A stretch of 60,609 nt of DNA, the filler included, from Porpidia crustulata (lineage: Eukaryota), in NCBI GenBank assembly GCA_964255105.1. It is 11 parts of 11 records of this genome, joined end to end, with 100 filler letters (N's around TTAATTAATTAA, not from the genome) between each part and the next. Parts side by side here need not be neighbours in the genome. Positions count along the whole stretch, not along the records: positions 49,695 to 55,102 come from CAXUWE010001823.1; positions 55,203 to 60,609 come from CAXUWE010001824.1; 9 more parts are not named here. The stretch is one strand, 5' to 3'. The notes beneath the pieces were generated by a model. The model saw nothing but the letters and a program-made list of their open reading frames with translations. It had not been told where the DNA came from and did no database searches. The position numbers and the translations under genes were made by a program. Below, one piece after another: positions 50,207 through 60,609 of the stretch (positions are counted from its first letter, which is position 1; every line of letters begins with the position of its first letter).

Positions 50207-51951
50207 TCAACTGCCCATGATCATTTGCACAGCTTTCAGACTCCCCACTACCGCGAAACAGATCAACGGGCTGACGACGTAAGCAATCTACAAACACATC
50301 ACCGTCAGCACTTCCGAGTACCCTTGTTTAAATTTCCACTGCAGGAAGTAGCAAAGATCAGGACTCACGGTCAAGAATTTAGCTATCGACATCTTTTCTT
50401 GCTCACTGCTGCCATTGACGTCGGCGAGAGCGGTAAGCTTCATGGCCGGGGGTCCGGTTGGTATGAGCATCTGTTGTATGGATGAGATACAGATCTATCT
50501 ACGAGGGCATAAGGCCCTCTTTATAGACGATACGTACATATCTACGTACAAAGAAGACAATACTAATCGTATTGACTTCTGCATCCGGTCACATATGCCG
50601 GATGCGGTGAGGTGTGAAAGAGCCCTTTATCCAACAGCATCATGGTGAACCAGAGCATGGGGTCTGCGGAGAGCCAGGAGGTGCGAGCGGCGACGGCGTA
50701 GATGACGGTTATTGAGATACTATGGATTTAATCAGTAGCGTGGACAGGCTTCAGAGGTGGGCTTGACGTGAGACCCTGCTGAATCAATGATGGACAAAAG
50801 CTGAGACACTCACACTGGCCAAACAAGGAACCGAATAACGAGGACAAATGTCATTGGCAGCCAAGGCACATTGCCACTGTCCTCCCCTTTCTTCATTGCC
50901 CTCAAACTACTACTCAGCTTCACTCCTACCACCACAACCTGCAACGCCGCAAAAAGCTGCCCGATGCTCTTCACGCTACTTGTCAACCACGCCGTAAAGA
51001 TTCCCCCCTGTTGGGGCTCACTGAAAAAGGCCTTGTGTAGCGGTGGTACAAGTCCGATGGTAGCTTCAATGATTGCTCCAATCAGGGGCGCGTTGAGAAA
51101 CGCATACAAGAAATCCAGGAGTGATTGTACCCATTGGGGCAGCTTATCCCAGCCTCTTTTACCATGGTGATATCCTTTGCGCCTGGCTTCTTCACCACGG
51201 CGAACGACGGGTTCTGGGAGCAGGGAGGTTTCTTCGCTGGGCTCTTCACCGTCAGGATGGTCCTCGGTCTGACCATTAGACTGGTCACCTTGTTCGGCGT
51301 CATGTGGTTGGTTTCCGTCACGCTTGTGACCGTCTGCTTTTGGCTTGTTCTCGCCTTCTTCCTCTTCTGGCGATTCTTCGGCGTCGAGAAGTTTGGGTCC
51401 CAATGCAAATGTCAAGGAATTCCCAACGATGGCATTTACTTGGAAATACGGATTGGCTCGTGCAAGAGCATCAGAGCTCGTATCGCTGCTCGACATGAGC
51501 AACTGTTCTAGGATTCCGGTAGATTGGAGGGATTGAATGAGGAGAAGAGGGAGAGCTGTGGTGTTATTGAAGCAAAGAGCTGGTGTTACCCAAGACGGAA
51601 GCTTGAACAAGCGAGTTGCCACAAAGCCTAGTAACATTGAGAGAAGAGTATACGCCAGAGACCATACTGAAAAGTTTTCATTAGCAATCTGTTAGTAAGA
51701 GAAATAGAAATATGGCGAGAGATACTAAGGATTGGAAGGTACCGTATGCCAGTATCCGCATGTAGCTGAGAGCCGACATTTGTGATGAGCAGCGCAGGTA
51801 GGAACATGCGCACACATAAAGTGCTTATCTGTTTCGTAGCAGGCCCCTTCAAGAGGTCGAATTGTGCAGCAATAATACCATAGCCTATTGTCAAAAGCAC
51901 GGATAGCGAAGCTTGAAGAGCACCCAGAAATGGAGTCAAGATGTCTGACAT
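50207..51951 (-). CDS. Auxin efflux carrier family (PILS-like) membrane transporter
   Basis: CVRMFLPALL, FNNTTALPLLL, NAPLIGA and GPPAM motifs; last exon IAYVVSPLICF...MGS*. Confidence 0.85.
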
Positions 51952-52708
51952 GCTGAATTGAATAGTGTGCACTCAAGCTAAATAGCTTCGAGGATAAGAT
52001 ATGTAACTTTTAAAAGATCAATGTATGTTGACAAGATGCACACCGGATACAAAACACAAATTATACAGAGGCATGACGTCGATGGGTTGACAGATCAAGC
52101 TAAGCTGCCTTGAGATGCTGATGGATAGAAGAGTGGTCCGCTGTTGCACGCACTTTGCCGCGATCGTCAATATGTAAATCATGCATTTAATCCCGAGGGA
52201 ATCTAGTATCTGTTTCTGATTCCTGTGGCAGATGGAAATTGATTGGATTATTGCTCTGGTTTATGTAGTCTTCATCACGTGGTCGAAAACTGCCGGTACC
52301 TTGGTCTGTCGACTTCCACCACAATAGTCAAGCAAAACACACGAATGTCTACAGCATAGATTAACAATTTGATATGCATTCGTTGACATTGTAACTAGAT
52401 AATGCTATGAAAAATGTCACGATTCCCTCAAGTCGTTACTTCGTTTCTGTGTGCGAATTGCCCCTGATCTAGACGTCCGGACCAACAGGAAGCCATGACA
52501 CGATCTAAAGAGAGCTGGTAGAAGAACCGGTCCTTGCAATATAGATTTCCAGATTCCGTTATCCGTTTGGATCCCCGATACCACTCTCTGTCCGGATTTG
52601 CCACGATCATTAGGCACATACCAATACTCTGCCATACCACGATGTTATCATAGACCGTCATTTCACCCCATATGAAACCAATTGTTTCTCTGCTTCGGTT
52701 ACCCATGT

Positions 52709-54534
52709 CTAGTACCGGGCCTGCTGCGGTCCTATAGGAGGTAGAGGGAGCCCCCCGGCATGATAAGGGTTGCCATCCTGGTACGTCGGTCCTGCGCTTT
52801 GATAGTAGTTTCCGCGATACAGGTTGGGTTCTGAGGACCGATACTGATCGTTACTCTCGCCATATGCGCTACCATCGTGGCTGTCGTGGAGCTTCTTCTG
52901 GTGTCGCTCGTCGCACTTGTGGCAGAATTCCTTGTACTCATCTCGCTGTTCCTTCATCTCTTTCCACTCGCTGACAGCGCCCTTGATACCTAGTGCCGCG
53001 ATGCCCACGCTGGCAGCTTCCTGTAAGCGAGCCTTGTTCTTCTTCTTCCGGGCTTCCTCGGGGCTAATCTTTCCCTCGGCCACTTGCTTGAGACGCTTTT
53101 TGCGATTCTCGACTGACTGGTACACACTGTGTGCCGCGTGAATAGTCGCAACCGAAGCGAGACCTGCTGTGATCCATTCCTTCCCGCGCATCTTCTTGAT
53201 TCGGCGTTGCTCTTCAGATGAGGAGATGTCGCTCGAGTCCGAATCAGAGCTACTGCCACCCTCATGACTGCCAACCCCATCGCCACCTTCACCTCCTCCG
53301 CCACGAAGTCGCCCTGGACCCCCTTGAGAGTAGCGGTCATCGTAGCCACTATCATAGCCACGGCTTCGACGATCATCACGACCACCTTTTTCGTCCTTGA
53401 GGCCCATAATAGCCATACCTTTAGACACATAGTCGCTGACGCTCTTGCTTCGTTTCTTGTTCCGGGATGGACTGCGACTGTCATCAGAGCTATCGTAGGA
53501 TCTGCGGCCTCGAGACTTGGATCGATTTCGGTATTCGAGAAATGCTTTCCCTGCCGCTGCTGCCAGTCCACCTGCGGCAAGGCCTTCTAGGCCGCTCTTG
53601 GCCCCTCCACCTCCTCCACCTCGGGATCGAGCACGCGAACGAGAACGGGAGCGGGACCCAGATTTGTCTCGGGCACCGTTCAGCATCCTGTTGCCAATCA
53701 GACCTCCTATAACAGCCTCGGCAGTGTGTCGACCGCTCTTCTTTTCCGGATCTTTCCCCGAGACTAAACCATCAATCCCGCCGGCACCAATGGCCGCAGT
53801 CAGAACTCGCTTTCCCTTGTCACCACCCCAGCCGCCGGGCTCCTTGCGACTTCTGAACGCCTCAGCCGCACCGGCAAGTACGGCTGCCTTGGCAGCTTGC
53901 ATGATTTTATCTCGGTCCATCCCACCAGGCCCTCGCGAGCGTGAGCGAGAACTTGACGAATCATAGCGCCTGCTACGACGATCACCACCACGGCGGTCTC
54001 GTGATCGGTCTCTAGATTTGGCCCCACCTCCGGTCAATGCAGCGGCAGCACCTCCTAGCCCTAGCGCAGCCATTGCCTGTTCTCCCAACGACTTCCGGCG
54101 CTCTCGTCTCGGCGGTGGACTTGCCGAGCTTGACGATGATGAATAATCTCTACGTCGATGACCTGCGTCCCATTAGCGAGAGCCATTGGAATTCGTGTTC
54201 AAATCGCACTTCTCTTATCATCGTAGCCTCTGCTCTTCCGTCCACCGTAAGAATCATAATCGCGGTCTCTGCGGCCATCTGATCGCGCACGTCTAGGAGG
54301 ATTGGCTCCGCGCCGTCCTAAACCTTCGCCAGGCGGAAAATCACGCTGAACCTCTTCAATATCGTCGCTATCTTGCCGACGAACTAATTCCCGATGGGTT
54401 TGGACGTCCTGTCGAAGAGGGCCTCGTCTCTTTTCGATGATTTCCTCCTCTTCGTAGACGGGTCGGTTCCGACGGGAATCACGATCGCGGCCCGGTTTAT
54501 GACGGCGAGGCGGATCGTCGTCATAGTACGACAT
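52709..54534 (-). CDS. Arg/Ser/Gly-rich protein, DUF3824-like
   Basis: QAAKAAVLAGAAEAFRSRKEPGGW, AGLASVATIHAAH and AALGIKGAVSEW motifs. Confidence 0.75.
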
Positions 54535-55807
54535 GATGAAGACTCACGGATGAACGATAATGGGGATGATGGTAGTGCTTCTGGTAGATGTTGAAGAAGC
54601 AAATTGCGTATGTACTCAGGTTAAATTCAGACCTGGAAACCGGGATTTGGAGGGCCTGAGGCGGCCGGAAGAGAAGGAGTGGTATCCCCACGTTGATCGA
54701 TGTACAAGCACCAGGATATGACAGGATCAAAAATCGATGGCTTTGGGTAAAGTGTGCCAGTACTTAGTGCCTGTGAACCCGGTCGCACCTGAGAAAAGTG
54801 GGAGGGTGAGTTGAAGGGTTGGAAACCTGGCGGAGATGACTTGTACTTAAGCTGTCGCGAGAGTGCCGGTGAATCCGAAGAGCCGCTGCATTCAAATTGG
54901 TGTGAACACAGTAGGATGCCTGGTTGAATACGAGTAGCAACACAGAGCAAGCATATGAAAGCACCAATAATGAGTAACGGTTGATGTCTGCGTGACAAGT
55001 TATGGATGGGGTGAGGATGTCAAGAAGGGTAGTCGGGCGCAAAAAAGAAGACCCTGACACCCTGAGAAGTTTCTTGGTACTACTGAGAACGAGAACCGGG
55101 GGNNNNNNNNNNNNNNNNNNNNNNNNNNNNNNNNNNNNNNNNNNNNTTAATTAATTAANNNNNNNNNNNNNNNNNNNNNNNNNNNNNNNNNNNNNNNNNN
55201 NNGATTGACTACAGTATAGTTGTACTGTGGAAGAAAAGGTGCTTTGGGAGCGTGAAGGATGTTCCACAAAGAAAAATCGGTGCAAGGATAAAGCCAAGGG
55301 GGCAGGGGTGGTTTCTTCTACATCACGATGTGACAAACACTCGCATCTCTCAAGCAATAAATATGTTTTTCACACTTCCCCGCAGCATCCACGTGTCCTC
55401 GATCTGCCCTATCTCTCTCTCTCTCTCTCTCCCCCCCACAAAATGATCTATTATCGTACAACAGAAGCGAATCGAGCTCGTCGTTGCGTACTCTACATGG
55501 CGCACAAAATAGAAGAAGCAAAAGAAGAAAAGAAACCTCGGAATCTCGCTGTGCCAAAAATTAGCCCCTAGGTCCTGGCGAGATCGAGAGATCGGTACGT
55601 GTACGGAAAAAAGCGCCTGTACATTTCGTCGTGGGCGGGTGTTGCTTAAGACTTGCTTTCAAAGGCCCGCAAAGGTCGGCCGGCAACTGGGGGCAGGGGA
55701 AGGGAGGAGTTGACGCCCGAATGATGATGTATATTTTTTTTGGAGAAGGACATGCTGTTTCTATATGCTGAGAGGTGCGCCGCAGATATGCTTTGCTTAA
55801 AGATTGA

Positions 55808-58145
55808 TTATTGACGCATATCCCATTTTGGTTTTAGGCTGTCCTGAAGATCGTTCCTGGTCCCAACCACTTCTTTTGGTATGCGGCTGACACGGTATGC
55901 TCCGGCGCGGATGCTATGCAATTGCTGAGCAGACATGGCGCTGCGGTTGCTGCGTATACTGCCCGCGTCGGAAGCAGTCTCACTGCTTTTAAATCGGGGA
56001 GGTGGGGCGAAATCAAGAGCGGTAAAGGTCCCCGATTTTCGCAAGGAATGTCTAGCATATTGTCAGTCAGGGATCTACAGCCTTTACTGTTTTCGGGGGG
56101 ATCCATCACTTACGGGCTTGGCATGACTGAGAGATCATCGAACGACGATGCGAGCGGTAAGTGAGCAGGCAGCATCGGTGAGAACGGTCTGGAACCTCCT
56201 CTGGGACTCTCTGGACGTCCAGCCTGTCGATCCTTGTAGTTTGTAGGCGGCGCGAAATCAATCGGCAGCATAGAGTCCTCCTTCAACAAATGAGGAGACG
56301 GCAGAACGTTGAGTGGAGCAGGAGGCGGCAAGGATTTCTTCGGGGGACCGCGGCCAGAGGGACCGAAGCGACCAGATGCGGATGAGTATGCACGAGCTCC
56401 GCGAGGTATCCCAAGCCCACTGGACAACGCAGTTTGATGACGCGAATCGCCCTGGAAACGTGGAGGCGCTCGCGGTGGCGGGGTCATTGCACGTCTAGCA
56501 TATGGCTGAGCGTACTCGGGTTGGCCAACAACGAATTGACCGGACGCAGGATCAAAAATGGCGGCGTCGCCAAGGTAATTTTGATCGTAGTCCTCAACAT
56601 ACCCTCCAGGCGGGTGGGCTGCTCCTGTTTTGGACTCGTCAAAGTATTCTTTGTAGAAAGATCTGATCCTATTGGCACGCTGTTCAGGATTGTCTGTAGG
56701 ATCATCGGGTGGAAGAGGTCGGAAACCCATTGACAGTCGTCGAGCGTCAAATCTCAGACCAGCTGGATCCACACCGAGGCCAATCTCTTCTTGATATGGC
56801 TCCTGATGCTGGATATCAAATTGTCGATCTCTCGCAGGCTGCGGGGGCGATGGAGGTGTGACTTTGAAGCCTTTCCCGTAAATATTTTCATCATCAACAG
56901 TATCCTGTCGATACACTGGTTGGGCAGAGGCTTTCAATGACTGTTTCCTTGGGGGCCTTGGGGTTGGATCAGGGACAGTGGTGTTAATGATCGGAGGTGG
57001 TGCTTTTCTGTTTTCTGTCCGTTGCATTACAGCTGGAGGGCTGGCAGGTAGTTCTCGTTGGGCCATATTAGGACTCTTATCGGTATGATCTATCGAAGCC
57101 TCCCGGCTATGGATGAAGGAGCTCAAATAATCGTTGCTTTGACGGAAGGCCGCACCATCCTTACTTTGGTATGAGTCTCTATTATCTTGCGGAAGCGCTG
57201 GTGCAAGACTGTTCTGCTGCGCACTTGGGACCAGACCTTTGCGAGGGAGTTGCGTGGATGCGTCTGGTACCCGAATTTCTGGGAGATTGGTGCTATTTGG
57301 AGCAGGAGACCGTTGCATCGGAGGCATTGATCTTGACATTCTTTGAGCGTTGCGTAATAGATTTTGGTTCATTGCGTCATGCCCATAGCCTCTCCCAGTC
57401 GAGGCAGAACCTGCATAACTCGAAGAATCGTCCCCATTTTTTTGTGCAGGATAAGAATGCAATGAGCCGGAATCATTAGAAGTGAAAGTCGTAGCGGGCC
57501 GGTACTTGTCGTCTCCACTGGGTACTGTACGTGACATTGAATGTAGCGATTCGCGAGAGCCGTGTAGGCCGGGCGGTAGCACGTAGGGACTTCCCACATT
57601 CATATCCATTGACAAGCCACGGCCTCGACGTAACGATTTCTCCAGCCCGACTTCGGCCACACTCATTTCTGGTGCACCTTTGAACCCTTTCTTGACCTTC
57701 TTCTTATTGGCCACAGTTGCACTAGTGGGGTCCATGCCAAAATCCAATGATGCATGAGGATCATTGGCATCCTCGCGTCGAAGTTTTCGAACATGGCGTC
57801 GGTGAAGGTATATGAATAAGATTATGGCTCCCACCACGGGTATTCTGATCAACATGTTAGTCTAATTGTCTCTGGTGGTATTGCCATTTTCGGTACATAC
57901 ATGACGCCCAGAGAGATTGGTACTGAGATGTCGATGGCTTTCGAGGGTTTTTGGCAGTTTGGATTCGAGTCACTAGAGGTGCAAACACTGTCTGAGGATG
58001 AGCTCGTAGTGCTAGGTGAGCCTCTTCTGACGACAGTTGGTAATTCAACTGCAGGAATTTGGACCAATTGTTCCACCGGCAATGGTTCCGCTGCTCGATT
58101 GCTGAGATGGAAAGCTTGGTGTGCCTGATGCAGTCGACTCGCCAT
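55808..58145 (-). CDS. Single-pass membrane protein with Pro-rich cytoplasmic tail (Skg6/Tos2-like), 3 exons
   Basis: CQKP...VPISLGV then a TM helix; EQRANRIRSFYKEYF; C-terminal LKPKWDMRQ. Confidence 0.7.
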
Positions 58146-60442
58146 CGTATATAGACTTTAGATTCCAGAGCCTGCCAATATGCGACAAAAAGGTCAAGTC
58201 AAGCGAACGTGATCAAAGTCTCTGTACCACAATCACTTCATTATTGGATTTGCAATTGACGAATGAGGTGCGGCTGAGGGATTGACAAGCACGAAAACAC
58301 CGACCAAGCAGTGTGATAAGGTCTATAACGACTAAAAAGAGGGACGGAAGCGAATCAAAGGAATGTAATCGTGATGTAGTAACAAAGGAATGGATGGTCC
58401 TGTTCAGCGACCTTGGATAGAGGGTTATTGTGTTCGGTGGAGGTTGTTGACGATAGAGTTCAAAGAGCGTTGAAGATTTAGGGGGCACGGAGAATTGGCC
58501 AATCCAATTTCCGCTGTTCCTGGAGCTAAACCGTTTGGGCCGCAGCGTCAAGCCTCTTTAACGTTGAGAAGTTGGAGGCGCTCGGTAAGTATGGAAATAA
58601 CGATGTACAATACACGGCTCTGTATGAAAAGTAAGAGAAGTAATATTAAGATGGCGTTTACCAAAATGAGATCCTTGTCACTACTGGATTTTGTTCGCAA
58701 TCTTCTGTATTGGAGTTGCAAATACCGTATTGGCTTGGTAAGAGTATTTAAGCTAACTAACAAACCAAGCGATCCAGATTACATGCTAATTTCCAAACCT
58801 CATCTCTCAAACAAATCCTCGAAGCGGAGTGCCCTGCGTCAAGTCGTCGTTGACGGTTGTATGACGAGTAATTCATTCAGAGGCTCGGAACAGTGAGCTT
58901 GCACGACCTTGCGTGGTTGGTCATTTACTTATCTCATTTGTCCCAAATTCGAAAATACAACGTTGAGGACCAGGCAGAAATCTCAATCACGAGAGGATGC
59001 CAAAAGTCAGCGGAGCTTTTCGGCTGGGTCGTCACGTCGTCTCGCTCAATAGCTCCAACAACTTTTGGCAACCCCCGTGAATATCAAAGTGTGTCTTCGA
59101 ACTTGCACAAAGTGGTATCGCATGTTCAAGGCAGACGATTATTACTTGAAATCTTAGCCTCTGAAATATCTATCACAAATTTGACTTCAAGGTCACTAAA
59201 GCTGGAGAGCCTTCTGGGACTGTAAAATGCCCTTGAAAAATATTACTCTACTCAGTTCCATTGGTGCAGAGGCGGTACTTGAAGTAGAATGCTCAGCATA
59301 CCTGAGTCTATCGAATGGGAGCAGTCCCTACAAATATGTTAGTCATGGCTGTACAATTGGAATATACCTGGTTCATCGGATATCAAGGCTCAATCATGAT
59401 GCGTTCGATTACGCTATGGCGCTGGTCAAGTGATCGAGTGGTTTCGTTTGAGTCTTTATTTCTCCCGTCCTGATGTATATAATTGATCTTTCCCTTTTAG
59501 GCTCAATCGTCCCCCACGTAACGCCTTGTCGTCCAAGTCCGATACGATAAGTTTTCCATTCCCAGCAGCTTTTTCAGCATCATAGCCACAGTTCAGCTTT
59601 GGCTTCGAAGCAGAGAACAAGAAGAAAGTGGGGCTACATCCAGGCTCCCGTGGGCTCAGTCAAAAGAGATTTTCATGTTCGCATGCAGAGACCAAACTGC
59701 TCTGACACATCCTTAGAGCAGAGCCTGAAGTCCGTTTCACGAGAGTTTCCCAGATTTGGCTCAGTATTTAAGCGCATCGGCAAGAACGTCGAATGGCGCG
59801 CGTATACGGCAAATGGGCCTAAACGGACCAAAGACACCCTCCGAAATATTCCTAACGGTTACTTCGAGACTCTAAAGGGTCCGAGAAAGTTTCATCTGGC
59901 GTTTAGCATCTCGGAAAGTCGGACTGTAGCGTAGCATAAGCCGTACGAGCGTTTCTCAGCCGCCTCGAGGTACGACTTACGAAACATTTGGACGGCCCCA
60001 CACACGGGCAGCTCGCGGGAGTAGAGCCCCAGATCTTGGCGACCCGTAGATTTTTCAAAGATGACTGGGTTCTTGCTGGCTGGGTGCGAGCGCCTGCACG
60101 CCGTCGCTGTTTTGCATCACTATTTCACCTGAGCGCTGCATGGGCTTTGCGATATCCATTGTAGATGTCCAAGTATACTCTGGACCCTCGATGGTGCTGT
60201 CTGAAGCTATCATCGACCGTTTTAATAATTATCCGAGTTGCGGAGTACATCCAGGCTTGTATAAATGTGGGGATGATTCCCATTTTCTTGTCGCCATGTT
60301 CTTCCTCCTTCCTTGAGAATATCAGAGTGCCTTGATCTCAGAGTTGTGATTTCTTTCTTTTCTTTTGAAATATCGTCCTTTCTTTCCTATATCTTCGGAG
60401 AAAAAGCAAGCCTTTCAATAATACACGTTGTGATACGTCAAT

Positions 60443-60609
60443 ATGCTCCCCTTCATCTTCCTCCTGACCGCCACCAACATCGTTGCCGCCTTTGCCCCCG
60501 GTCGAAGGAACATCTTGGACAGGCGCCAAGGTTCCACCTTCACCGGCGTCGCAACCTTTGTCAACTTCGGCACCCAAGGCAACACCGTCTGCGGCCCCAT
60601 GTCCGGTAC
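60443..60609 (+). CDS. 5' part of a secreted protein, possibly double-psi beta-barrel (expansin/loosenin-like)
   Basis: Not in the ORF track: MLPFIFLLTATNIVAAFAPGRRNILDRRQGSTFTGVATFVNFGTQGNTVCGP, with signal peptide and Kex2-like RR; TATAAA near 60260. Confidence 0.55.
   Translation, partial: MLPFIFLLTATNIVAAFAPGRRNILDRRQGSTFTGVATFVNFGTQGNTVCGPMSG

Overview
Intron-rich filamentous ascomycete (Pezizomycotina) DNA. The secreted-protein families hint at a lichen-forming fungus, but that is inference. The window is not one locus: it is 11 contigs of 5427 down to 5407 bp, sorted by decreasing length and joined by identical 100-bp N44-TTAATTAATTAA-N44 spacers, so no neighbourhood inference is valid across a gap. 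Core genes: Zn2Cys6 transcription factor, GABA/amino-acid permease, histidine phosphatase, SRP68, Cya-5/Pet309-like PPR protein, ABC1/UbiB kinase, FluG, ISWI ATPase, Pth11-like receptor, PAP2 phosphatase, PILS/auxin-efflux-family transporter, DUF3824-like protein. Accessory content: an HEXXH secreted protein, a small Cys-rich secreted protein, a three-hevein lectin, a catalytically degenerate GH3 (Ngs1-like), two pseudogenes, a MITE and a pogo/Fot1 transposon end. The most striking structure is contig 4 (16579-22001). There an NLR-like gene (alpha/beta-hydrolase + NB-ARC + a C-terminus without visible repeats) is bracketed by two mutually inverted copies of a palindromic repeat carrying GAGCA motifs at about 10.5-bp spacing.
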